A stretch of 56,942 nucleotides of DNA, counting the filler, from Platydemus manokwari (Eukaryota), in assembly GCA_037951405.1 (NCBI GenBank). It is 6 parts of 6 records of this genome, joined end to end, with 100 filler letters (N's around TTAATTAATTAA, not from the genome) between each part and the next. Parts side by side here need not be neighbours in the genome. Positions count along the whole stretch, not along the records: positions 37,842 to 47,271 come from JBBMOY011250652.1; positions 47,372 to 56,942 come from JBBMOY011231098.1; 4 more parts are not named here. One strand, given 5' to 3'. The notes beneath the pieces are model-generated. The model ran no database searches, was not told where the DNA came from, and saw only the letters and a list, made by a program, of their open reading frames with translations. This document shows positions 39,471 to 52,500 of the stretch, piece after piece. The position numbers were made by a program, and so were the translations under genes. The first letter of the stretch is position 1. Each line of letters opens with the position of its first letter.

Positions 39471-42400
39471 GTGGTCACTGAGAAATGACAATATAAAAAT
39501 TATCACGTAAATCATATAATACGTACCTAATACACAATATATTCCTATATCCGCCACAGTTACATAATCCATGAAAGTGATCTTCAAAATTCTTGTTGAA
39601 CATAGTGCAGTTGTTAAGCAAACAATCGTTGCACCCTAACAGAAATTGTTAGAGAATATATTATGCTGATAACCTTACCAATTGGCCGAAATCGTAGCCC
39701 CACGGTAAATAAAGAATTCCGGTTAAATATTTTTCCCAATGAGAAAGAACAAAACAAATAACAAGGATCCATACAACAAGAAACATTTGCCAATGCGCAG
39801 CACCATATTTATCAGTTCCAAATATCGAAATCATTGTCAAAGGTAGCAATGAAACTGCCCAGGAATCACAACCATGATCAAATAGTTCTCCCAATGGACT
39901 ACTAGTGCCTGTCCGCCGTGCTTGTTTTCCATCAATTCCGTCTGTATTAGTTGTCTTTATAGCGTTGATTAAATTAAATCTTATACCTAATTGATGAGCT
40001 ATGAAATTAGAAACACCAATGCCAAACCAGACAATAGAAGGAATTTGATATTCAGAATTCATATTAGAAGCTGTATAAATTGGATCGAGATATGCCAATA
40101 GCAAAAAATTGAAAGCAGTTAATAAAAATCCTACTAATGTCATGAGATTTGGAGCCACCCATATCGGTACAAACTAGATAAAATATAGATAGATAATAAT
40201 TAGCCAGCAAATTAAAAATACATAAAACTATTTCAATACATCGATTCGGAAAAAAAAGCTGTATGTCAAAATTGAAATAGAGTAGTCTCACAATAAAATT
40301 TTAATGCTTCCGTTGATTTCATGTTATTAAAGTAAGAATGCCTTCGCTATTAAATAATAAACTAATTATAATTGTTTTGGTAATCATAACAATTATTTTT
40401 ATGATAAGATATTGTTACTAGAATATACTGATTGAACCATTGATTATTTCAACACATACCTGACGAATAGACTAGTAGTTTTTTCGACTTATCAATTTCA
40501 AATAGAAGGTGGCCCAAAAGTATTTTTAAAGTTATCAGGTAGATTATTTATTTGAAAATTCCACACTAGGACATTTCTTTCATATTCTCAAGATATTCTC
40601 CTTCAACATTGCAACATTTTTCAAATCTCTCCAGGACAGTCTGACACACACACCTTAATAACTGTAAACCTATTTTTGGACCACCTGGTATATATAAAAG
40701 ATAGATCATTTGAAAATTCGCTGATCTGTGGATTCGAACACACATTTATTTCTCTGAACTTCCCACTCATTTATTAATTATAATCATAATTTTGATTCCA
40801 CATCATTATATCCCACAAACAAATTATCAATTTTATATTTACATGAATAACAAAAATACATCTGAAGTCTCATTTTTGGTTTATAATTATGATTATTTTT
40901 TATTTTAGTAGTTTATTATTAAGAATTATTACATTATTAATCATTTTTTGTTTGTTATTAATTATAAATATAATTATTTCTAAAGTCATCTATTATCAAA
41001 TATCACTCTTATAATTATTAATAAGTAATTATAATAAATTTTTTTTAATGATAATAATAATTCGTGTAAATATAAAACTGAAAGAATATATTAATGATAT
41101 TTAAAATTAAAAATTAGTCACAATAATAACATTTCAATTATTAATATAAATAATACTAAAAGATGAAATATAAATGAAAAATACAATATTAATACCAATT
41201 ATAATAACTATTACAATCATTGCAATAACAATAAATACATTTAAATAAATACCAAATATTATAAAATATTATTCCACATATATTATTAATATATGGTTAT
41301 AATATCATTGTAAATAATGTCTATCTACCTATCTATTTATCTATCTTTTATAAAGAGCTAGGAAACATGGATAACTTGGTACTATGTTCTGATAGCGAAA
41401 CTAATGATGTACCTAATGATTGGAAAATGCTCATGACCACCAGTCCATTTGAACTGTGAAAGAAGAAAAATTCTGAGATGGAGTCGGCGAAATATGCTCT
41501 CACTTCGAGAAAATATGGGTTGACAGAAACGTAGAATGAAAACGAAACTAAAGCCCACAGCACATTGATTAGTCAAAAAGAATGGAAACAATTAAGAAAA
41601 AACAGAAATAAACGGGTGAGAAGTTGAATTGGAGACCTGGGTGCTTAAAAGAATCTCCAAAAAAATTCCAAAACTTCGAATTCCAATTCACTGATATTTT
41701 TTTAATCTTTGTTTGTCTTTAAAAAACATTTATCTTAAACATTTATTTCAGTTTTCATAAAACATTATTAAATGATATAAAGTATTCTCGACGTATTTTG
41801 TAAACGAAATCAAAATTGTCAAATTTAAACGTGAAATTGAAAACAATTCAAAAACATTTCAACTGGCCATCCACTAATTGAAAGGCATCAATTACATTTT
41901 CAAAGCACTACTTTCTAATATTCACACAACTCCAATATGCCTAAAGGTGTCGCCTCGGGAGAAAAACATGACCACTTAAATATATGACAGCGAGTAAAGA
42001 AATAATCAATTAAGCAATTTGAAGTTATTTGTATAAGTTTAAAAAAAATCTCCTCAGTTGACTCAAACCTGTAATAAAAACTTCAGAAACATTTAATCGA
42101 TATCACCATGACAACGAAGTAAATCGCTCATGTAATAGAAAAACATTCAAATGACATTAAATCATTTGTAATCAATATATAAATTGAAATAAAACACTTA
42201 TTGACAAACACAAAGTAATAAAAATTGAAACTATAAATAAAATATAATTATCTAATATTTTAAATTCATAACCTATGTAACCATTACTGTTAATAAAAAG
42301 GGGTCAATGTTTTACTTATTTATTTATAATTCAATAAACAATATGAATAATAAAAAAATAATGGGCATATTTGAAAAAATTCTGTAAAAAAAGTTACACA

Positions 42401-42701
42401 ATATTTATAACACAATATTTGGTAATATAGGTATTAGAGAGTTATTATGCTATGCAATTATTAGTTTATCTCATTACTTTATTTTTTCGTTGTCATAAAA
42501 CTTACCTGTACTAACCAATCCCAAAATGGATGCATAACATAATTTGACAATGGACTAGTATCTTTGCTATTATACTAAATAAAAAAGCTTTTATTAAATT
42601 AATCATTTACACTTAAAAAGTTTGAATGACATCAAATTAAAATTAATTTTTACTCTGTATTTACTAAATCCTTTTAAAATATCTGGAGACAAGAATTTCA
42701 T
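39471..42701 (-). CDS. EPT1: Ethanolaminephosphotransferase 1 / SELENOI-like CDP-alcohol phosphotransferase, 5' exons
   Basis: Exons 42701-42654 (MKFLSPDILKGFSKYR), 42574-42506 (YNSKDTSPLSNYVMHPFW), 40173-39987, 39941-39679 (DGIDGKQARRTGTSSPLGELFDHGCD; HWEKY.TGILYLPWGYD) and 39635-39527. The next exon runs into the N gap at 39461-39470. Confidence 0.92.
40505..40688. mobile_element. Tc1/mariner-type MITE in EPT1 intron 2
   Basis: TA|GAAGGTGGCCCAAAAGTA...TATTTTTGGACCACCTGG|TA: imperfect TIRs with TA flanks. Confidence 0.65.
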
Positions 42702-42978
42702 TGTTCTAGTATCAGATAAATCGATGAACAAATTTCGATAATTAATTTAAATGAAGAATCGAAATACTTCACTTTATTAAAACACTAAACTATTAACACA
42801 AATTTTATTTTAAAATATTGAAAATTAGTAACAATATTTAAATTTCTAATGCATTTAATACTTATATACTAGTTTATATGAAATTTGTTTTTTTCTTTAA
42901 ATAAATTTACTTAGCTGCAAATTAGTAAATTTAGGATATTTATTTCTAATCTTTTATGTTTTATCAAAAATTTATATT

Positions 42979-44747
42979 ATATCGTCTGATAAGGTTCACC
43001 GGATTATAAGACACAGTATCAGTAAACGGATCTATTTTCATATATAAGTCACACCGGATTATAAGGCGCATAAAGCGAGACGAAATAGTCACATAGGTCA
43101 GACTTTATTCAACTCAATAATAGTAACACACAAAACAGAATAATACACTCATTTTTGAATCATTCTTCTTCTACAAGTTCACCAAATTCTTCATTTTCAG
43201 TGACAGAGTTTAACAGTTAAGTGATGGCTGCATCCAGTAATCCCGGATTCTTCTGGCGATCATCTGATTCAAAATCGTTGCTGTTGCTTGATTGGTGATT
43301 GATGATTCCGGCCTTCGTAAAATCTCGGAAGATATTTGAAACCGATACCTTGGACCAAACACCGACGATCTATAGGCAGGATGCGGCGTGATAGTGCAGC
43401 CTTGCCTCCTTGTCTTGGTAAATATGTGCACACCTTTTGTCATCCAGTGCTCCCAAGCGGCTCACAATTTGACACTAATATCTAGCGGTTGAAATTGTTT
43501 GGTTAATCCTCCCGGAATAATGGGTAATTTTGAATTATATTTCTTCATTTGGTTTTTGACAGTTTCGGTGAGATGTGGGCACATAGAGTGGTAGATCAAT
43601 AAGAACGGAGATATATGAAAAATTCCATCCGGTCTTTTGACATAAATTTCTCTCAGCCACTTGCTTATTTTTTCCTTGTTCATCTAGCCTTTTGTGTTGA
43701 CCTTGACGATGACCCCAACATGAAACTCTTCTTTTGGTAAAGTCTTCCTCTTAAAAATGATCATGGTAATTTACCATTCTGGTAATTTACCATGGCTACC
43801 GAGAACTAGTGTGAAGAATCATTTTTCATTCCCGGTGAGTGTAAAGATACAGTGGACGTCCATGTTTTATAAGCCGTACGGTTCACGGAGATATCAAAGC
43901 GCAGAGGGACCTCATCCATATTTGTGAAGTTCTTGCAGTAAGTGTGGAAAATGGCCAACTTTTCTTAGTAATCCTTTGACAATTGCTAAGATGTGATAAT
44001 CATTGTGTGGATAGAGAGATGACACATTTTCATAAAGCGGAAGCACAATGAAAGATCTCTTTGAAAGTTGTTTATCTTGAATCGAATGAAGACTGCAGAG
44101 ACGCTTATATCTGCTCTTCTCTGTTCAGTAATTCAATGCTCAATTTTATTCTCTAACTGTGGCCACCTTGATTTGTTCCATAGAAAACTTTTCCTTTTAT
44201 TCTTTGATTGGTGAACCTCATCTCCTTGATTCTTCTACTTCCAAACCATTGAATCATTGATGTTGAATTATTTTCACAGCTGCTCTATTCCATGTTATAA
44301 TGTGTGCCTGATAGCCTTGAGCTTGAAATCAGCTTCGTAAGCACGTCTCTTAACGTTTGTCATTTCTGGTCCTCAATTACCTGATGTTTAAGCACAGTAC
44401 GTATCAGAAAAAGTAATAGGAGTAAACAAGCAAGTTTCGTCTCCATCATCTGTTAGTTACGTATAGCTCTCTGATTGGATTATCGATGACAGAAAAGCTC
44501 GAATCAGCTGGCTCATGCATAGAATATGTCTAGACAACATAGAAAGCTTGCTTTACGAGGATTCATAGCTTACCAAGGTCGTAATAAATATTTTAACAGA
44601 TTTTGTGAACATAGAAATTGTTTCGAGGTCACTAGACCTCAGCACAACTAGAAGACGTACATAATGCGCCCCAGAATATAAGAGGCATTGCCAATTTTTT
44701 AGCAAATATAAGGATTTAAAGTGCGCCTTATAGTCAGAAAAATATTA
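42979..44747 (-). mobile_element. Full-length decayed pogo transposon, DD35D (Passer/POGK-type)
   Basis: Transposase relic at 44363-43160: Brinker-like DNA-binding domain (KRRAYEADFKLKAI..HGNRAA), CENP-B HTH (RWPQLE), NMDEVPL, LLIY[D>H]SM, then 35 residues to QPLD. Repeated TATAAG(G/A/T)C(G/A)CAC terminal and subterminal motifs occur at both ends in inverted orientation. Confidence 0.92.
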
Positions 44748-45808
44748 CAAATTAAATTAAAATAAAATAAATGTTTATTTTCAAGATTCATTTAATATGA
44801 ATTTGATTTAAATTTAGAGTCTTGTATTTGAATACATTTAACTATGACTACAAAATTATTAATTTCGAGAAGATATTTAGATTTTATTTGAATGGGCTAC
44901 AAATCTTTTATCAAACGGTTATAATAAAGTAATTTCTTAACCACTGCCAATTCCATTAATTTCGAACGACTTATTTGGAATTATTAATTGAAATTTAGCT
45001 CTGTTTCTTCCATTAACATCCTTAGCTGATGAGTACTCAGGTAAATGTCTTAACATCAGCCTGGCTAATAAATTAGTTTTTAGAAATTTCGGTTGATTTC
45101 TCAATTCCGATATGTTCTAATTTTTCATGGATCATTCGTACCTAAGTTTTAATATCACATTGAGGCTCTTTATATTGATAAATTCTGTTCTTCTCATAAT
45201 ATAATGCATCACTTCTTATTCTCAAGTATTTCTTATTGTTTCACATGTTTTATTTTTGATAAATTTATGAAACTTTCGCTAAGTATTGAATTTATTATTA
45301 TTGTCAGTTTTTCATCTTTATTTTGATCTAAAAACATGTTTGTACTATTCAACGCAACATTTTCTCATCTTCAATGGTACCAATGCAATTAAAGTAGAAT
45401 ACATGATATAATATTTTATTCAAAACGGTTTTGTAAATATATTTAAATTCGAATTTTCTAAAAATAATTACAAGAATATTTTAATGTTAGACATACGATA
45501 TTTTAATTTTAAATTCTATTTGAAATACCATGAAAAAATATAAAAATAGTGAACACAATTTTCTTTAGTACTTTCGTAAGAAGATATATCTCTTAATGTT
45601 ATGCAAGTGTTATGTGAAAATAAAGTTTATTTATCACAGGTGCAAATTAATGACTTTAAGATTTAAAACTTGTTTGATTAATGAAAATTAGATTAAACTC
45701 ATTGTAAAATTTGTTTTAAAATAGTCTTACATTAGTAACGTAGTTATAATTTTTAAATATCTTCTTTATTATATTTTAATTATATTACATGCTAAATTAA
45801 TTTAAATA

Positions 45809-46850
45809 ATGATTTATGAAAATGATTACGTTGTTGAAAAATCAGTATTAAAAATTCAAAAATTTTGGCGTAGTTACATTGTTAGTTAATTATCATAAAT
45901 ACTTTGTTAAAAATCGAAAAATTTAGGATAAACAAGTTTTTAAATATTATTGTAAATTAATTAATTTCAAGAATCAAGGTGATCCTTCTATGATGCTTAA
46001 ATGCATTAATCCGAAAGAAACGGAATTATTTGACTCAGCATTTGGTGCTCGAATTAAATTCAGATTAGGCGGAGTAAATCTTCGAATTTTCTTAATCATA
46101 GAAACCTTGTTTTTAGGAGACATTTCCGCCAAATATTTATTATAAAATATTCACTCATCGACCGATTCAAGATTTATGTGCTAATAGTCCTAAAAATTAC
46201 CATCAAGTCCGACGCAAAGATCCCAGATTTATTCATAATCAATACCATCTCGAACCTTTATCCAGAGATGATTGGTATAAAAGAATCGAAAATAATGGCT
46301 GGCGACAAATATCTGATAAAATATTCTCCAAGATCTTTTCCGATTCGATAACGTATGAAACTTCAATCAAGCCAGTCAATTTTGAGTACGATCGAGTTGC
46401 GTTTTTGATTATCGGCTTCTTCTGTTATTTTTTTTTCTTTTTTATTTTTCTTCAGACTAGAAAATTGGAATCCAAACAAAATCGACGGAAAAAAATCAAA
46501 CTAAACTGGTTGAGAAAAATGTACAACATGAATCTGATGCATGTCAAGAATCGTCCAGATTCCGATGCGAACAAATCGTCACAATCGATTGACGAATCGG
46601 ACTCCAATGAAACGAAGATCCTGGTTCAGAAAGCAACGGAAAGTATGATCGAAACGTTCGAGAGGAAAGGAGAGAAATTCATTGAAGATTGGGCAGTGGA
46701 TGAATTATTGAGCTGGACATCGGGATTGAGATATGACGAGTGGGAAAAATCATCTCTTCTTTTAATTCGATTGATTTTCCTTTCTGTTTTTTAGATATCT
46801 CAACACTTGGAATGAGCTGGCTACTTCTTTGGTCTCAGATTGGAAAATTG
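45809..46850 (+). CDS. C11orf65: C11orf65/MFI-like IQ-motif protein (3' end unresolved)
   Basis: Exons 45809-45880 (IQKFWR), 45927-46073 (INPKE.ELFD...KFRLGG), 46117-46395 (FPPNIYYKIFTHRPI.DLCANSP; WYKRIENNGWR), 46456-46739 and 46795-46850 (YLNTWNELATS). Confidence 0.85.
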
Positions 46851-47271
46851 GTATTGATTTTTCGATTTTTTTCTCTCTTTTTTCCCTTTTTTGTCAGTTT
46901 TTTTGGAGCTAAAACGCTTACATGTTTATACGGCTAAATTTCGAATATTTTTATTTTATCGATTTTACAATTTTTAAACATATTTTTAGCCTTTTGAATA
47001 TCGATAAGAATCTTTTCCATGTTTTTAATTTTTGATTTAGAAAATTTTATNNNNNNNNNNNNNNNNNNNNNNNNNNNNNNNNNNNNNNNNNNNNNNNNNN
47101 NNNNNNNNNNNNNNNNNNNNNNNNNNNNNNNNNNNNNNNNNNNNNNNNNNNNNNNNNNNNNNNNNNNNNNNNNNNNNNNNNNNNNNNNNNNNNNNNTTCT
47201 TTTTGTACTTATTTCCCTTATTTATTTTTATTTGTCTGTTTATTTCAAATATTTATTTATTTATTTTTATC

Positions 47272-47371
47272 NNNNNNNNNNNNNNNNNNNNNNNNNNNNN
47301 NNNNNNNNNNNNNNNTTAATTAATTAANNNNNNNNNNNNNNNNNNNNNNNNNNNNNNNNNNNNNNNNNNNN
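47272..47371. other. Artificial scaffold-joining spacer
   Basis: 44N-TTAATTAATTAA-44N. Confidence 0.98.
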
Positions 47372-49598
47372 GTAGCAACTGACAATTGCGCAATCATTAA
47401 TCAACATGCAATCAAACAACATACACACATCATACATACCGCAATCACCTTTCCATTTACGAATCTCCCTTACAATGGTTAATTCAAATAATGTCGAGAA
47501 CCATTTTCAAACACCAGATGAATAGATTATGGTATGATAGGCGGTAGCACATGGATTCATAAGAGGTGAATAATTAAGATTGTCATAACAAAAATTGGTA
47601 CAGTATCGAATAATTGACTTCAAAACATGAGAGTTAGATAAAAGCATATATATGTTAAAGATTGTGAGGGGGGGTTTAAAATAATTATAAGTTTCAAATT
47701 ACAAATGCACAATTTGTAAAAAGATAACAACTAATACGGGTATCAGAAAGATTTGAATTACAATAGAGTTAAATATATTCATCCGAAATTCTTCAACTTG
47801 TCTGGACTCCAAACAGATAAGAGGTTGTTGTTGCTTCTACGCTGGGATGATATAGTAAAGATAATATTTAAAATATAAATGATAACAAAATAAAATATCA
47901 AATATAAAGGCAAAAATAACAAAATAAAATTTATTAATCAAAAATTGAATAATAATTCAAACACAATGATTTTATAAAACTTCAAGATGGTGTTCGCTAT
48001 TGTGGGTACAAAAGAGTAGTCAAGTAACAATAAAGGGCGTGCTGCTTAGGTGCCCGAACAAGCCTCTCAATAAAAAATGAAAGTGGGGAGCTTTTTTAAG
48101 AGTGGCCTAATAATTTAAAGGACCGCAAGGCTAAGACTACCCGTGGGTCTAGTTTCAATTAAACAATTAAAAAATTTACTCATTGAATGCATAAAATATC
48201 TTCGGGAACTAAATTCTTCAGAGTGTCGACATTGTAATGCAATAAAATAGCTTCGGAAATAAAAGTCTTCAAGTCGTAATTGTCATACAGTTATGTAAAG
48301 TTCGTCGTAAGTGTGCGCTGACTCTCTGTTGCTTTCTGCTTTTATACTTGTCTAATGTGCTTTGTGTGCAATTTTAGATTGATTGGCCACATTTGCTACT
48401 ATCATTTACATCATTCACACGTCAGTGTTAAATTTAGTGACAGCCCACAAATTAAGTTGATTATGTAGCTAAATTGAGATGATCTAATTTTAGGACTGAC
48501 ATAGTTGCTAAAAATAGTTTTTATGAACAATTTTTTATGACCTTGAGGTCGCAACGATAATTAATTATTTTGAAGCACTTAAACAAATATAATTTTGGAT
48601 TTATTAAAAAACATTTTGTTTTTACTATTTTTATGGTATATTTATGATTTTCGACCTTGTTATTTTTATAATTTGTGACGTATTAAAAAATTTATATTAA
48701 TTTATATTTATTTTTGGGTTCTTTTGGTTGGGCCAAAATGGCCCGGTTAGTTCCCCATATATTCGGTGATGATAATAATTTGAGTCAATCAGACAATCTC
48801 AATTATTCAAATCTTATTTTATTTTAGTCCGTCAAAAGCAGATTAATGTATATCCACAAAAAATCTGACTCTTCACAAAATTAAGGTTAAGGTTATAAAT
48901 ATGAATAAATAATATCAAATAAGAATTATAAATAATATTTTGATTAATAAGTTATTGCACAATATATTATCACGTAAAGTTAAGAGGGTAAGCTTTATGC
49001 TCTGAAGAAATTAGAATCAGCAGTGGGCCTAGGTGCTTCCTACTTCGAATACAAGCTAAGGAAATGATAAATGATTTTAAAGATCTACAAACTCTAAAGA
49101 CTTTGCAGATTATCAACTACTGTTCTTTAATTAATCCCTTATCGGAGATTGATGAAAAAGTAATAATTGATATAAACAAATAAAAAGTTGCCATTGTAAG
49201 TGTAACGAATAATTAGTTCCGCTGATCGTATAATCCGATGTTCAGTAATATGCGTTACTAAGAGGAGTCGATAATGAAGTTTCACGGATTATGATTTTTT
49301 TTCAGTGTAAGAAATTTTTGTGCGTATTTTTCTAAAATGTGTTTGCTTATATATTGTTTCTCACGAGTTACTGACTAAGTTTCCTCGGAGATTTCTGACG
49401 TTGCCATGGTTTTATTGCTGACTAATTTACATCTCCATGGCAGAGGTATGATTTTATCATGTTAATTCTAAATTAGTCACTGCTGACTAATTGTAATTGA
49501 AGTCACTGCTGGATAGTAATGGTTTTTCCAAATTAGTCATATAATTTTGTAATGTAATTTGTTTTATAATTTTTTATTATTATATTATATGTACATCT

Positions 49599-52500
49599 TC
49601 AATTATATTTTATATATATCCCTGAATTTTTGAGATTAAAGCTGAGAAATCTATGAGAAATATTAAAGTCGAATTTGTCATTTTCCACGACTCGAAAATT
49701 AGACACATCACAGAAAACACCTATCGAAACTGTTAATTCTTCTTCACAATTCTCAATATTCATCATCTTTTGCAAATCTTTAAATACCAAAAATTCATCT
49801 CCAAAATGTATATGACGTAAATAGTTATTTCTCAATAACTTAAAATTTGGAGATTCTTCAATTAAATTCATTTATTTCAAAATCGAATTTCCATTTTTAT
49901 AACTAACTACAATTTCAAATTTTACTTCATTTTAAGATTCCACAAACTGATAACCATTTTCCATTTCCGTAATTGCAATATCGTCTATTTCATTACAATT
50001 ATAAGTTAGATCGTTTTTAATTACTTCATAATTTTCTCTACAAATTTCCAAAACTTGAAATTCATCCGTTCTCTCGATTGAAATGCTGACTCGTCTCAAA
50101 ACTCATCACCTCAACATCTTCTGTATCAAACTCTTCATTAGCTTCCAATAAGGCTTCCAAAGCGTATTTATAATCATCGTCAAACTTCCCACTGTCTTTC
50201 TAGAGTCTTATACTCGTAATTTCTTATCTGGTTCAGCTTAAGTTCTTCAAAATTATTTTTACTAGTGATTTCTAACATTACATAGTCGTCAGATTCTTGA
50301 ACATTTTGAACATCCTCATTATTAATAAAGATATCACATAACTCATCCAAAGTTATCTGATCTTGTTCAACTTTAATATTGTTTATTAAATATAAAATTT
50401 CATCATTAAATGATTTCAAATCACTCATTATACAATTTGGCTCGTTTTCAAAACAATTTAAACTCCCGCTTCTAGAGTAGAAATTTTTAAAAGAACCTTC
50501 AATTTCTTTAACATTTTACTCAGTTCTTGAGGGTTTTTGAAATAAATCGTCATAATTTTGAAATTCTATAATTGATAAAGCCCTTTCTGTGCCAATTGAA
50601 ATTCTTCATAATAATTGATCCCTTAAAATAAATTTTATGGATTCAGTTTTATGCAAATTTTCACCAAATACTTTTCCTGCTAAGGAATATAAATGAATTT
50701 CGAATTCACATACCGATTCATAAGGTTTTTAAAATTCTACGATAAAAATTGTGAGAAGAGTTCGGCCTACTTTATTTATTCGCAGTTTTAAAGAGAGAAA
50801 ATTTCTGAAATAATCCCAATGATCAATGTCCTTGCTTTTGATTTGCTTGATTGGTTATTTTGCCATTATTTTTAAATACAAAGGTAATAATCTCGCAGAA
50901 GCCAATGTATAATAATAGTGCATAAAATTGATGAGTTCAAACGAATTACCGTCGTGTTGATTCAATGGTTGCTCATCATCAGCGCTTCACCTATCAATTT
51001 CTATGATACTCGTCGTCTAATTTTTTTAAAACTTTTGTGCACTAATGCTATTAAAAACTTTTCATTTTCATACTTGAAATATCCAAAACAAGTTCAAACA
51101 GAATAAGTTCTAACCGTCCCCTTCTCGAAATTTGTATAGTAAGTGTAAACACGTTTCTGAAAATAAAATTAATCAGCATAGATTTTTCGATATACGGCAC
51201 CAACAAGGTTACTAAATCCCAATTTTTCAAAATAGTCAGATTATCTCTAATTTTTCTACACATATTCCACGATTTTTTCTAAAAACAATCGGATCCTCTG
51301 ATAGTGCTTCTTTCAATAGGAAAAAATGTCATCAGGGGTTTCTTTTTTTTACCAAAATAACCATTTTCAATTTTTATTACTACGCCAATTTCTTACACGA
51401 TATCATAGCTCATTAAATAACCATCGTTGTTCAACGACTGACTGAAATACTTTTCTCCCGGAATCTGATGTCGAATATCAATCAATTTTGAAAATACGTC
51501 CAGTCTCTGTTAAACATATTTTCCTCGAAAATCTAAAACTCAAATCTCAAAAACTTTTCCATTGCTTTTTCCATTAATCAAATCCAAAATATTTGTTACG
51601 GCTCGTTTGAATCCTAAATTACTTCTTAATTACTTCTCTAAATCTGAGATGATACTGCCGTACAGAGTTCTCTTTCCACACTTTTCCAATTCGAAAATTT
51701 GCTTCTTTCATTCATAATATTCCAAAGTTGTCGCAATATTTCTTCAAAACGCGTCATACTGTTACCCAATTTATTTTTTCAAAATTTTACATTTTCGAAT
51801 TCTTGTTAGAATATTCTTTTAATATTTTATTTGGATGTATCATATGATTTTGAGATTTGTCTATTCTGAGCTTGTCGAACCAATGATTTACTTTATAGCG
51901 CATTGCCGATAATTTTGCTTCGCGTATCTGTTTATCCTCTGGAAATGTTGTGTTAACTCTATTCTCAAAATCCTGAAAATAAACATTCTTGAGAAATAAC
52001 TCTTTTTGAGAATAGTTTGCTGCTCTACCTCTTTAACCACGTTCTAAGTATGTTCGAGATTCTCTAATTGGTGATTTATTTCGCCTGTAATTGAATGAGA
52101 ACTAGTTTACTTGAGAATTATCAAAATTTTCTTTGATTTCTACCTTTATTTGCGTAAAAATCGTTTTATTGGCATCGAAAGCATGCAATTGATTTCTGCT
52201 GTTTCGAGAAAAGCTTAACCGGAGATCGTACAGAATTTCCGAATGTCTTAGTGGATCCTTTGTTCGAAGATGTCGAGGTGTCACTTGTTAGAGAAGAAAG
52301 TGTAGGTCTTTCAATTTTACTCATTTTAAGATTTTCGGCTTCTATTGAAAAATTTGTGGGTTTCGTGTTCATAAAAGTACAGTTCATCTCGACTCTCATG
52401 GCTTTTTTTAGTGATTTCGTCATAATCGGCATAATTAGCCAAACAAAGTGTTGCATTAATGTGGCTGTGAACACCTTTGAAAAATTGCCCTGGGACAACT

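Noticed and set aside
45020-45045. Hammerhead core CTGATGAG
   Set aside because: No correctly placed GAAA or stems; the opposite strand looks like a decayed integrase zinc-binding fragment.
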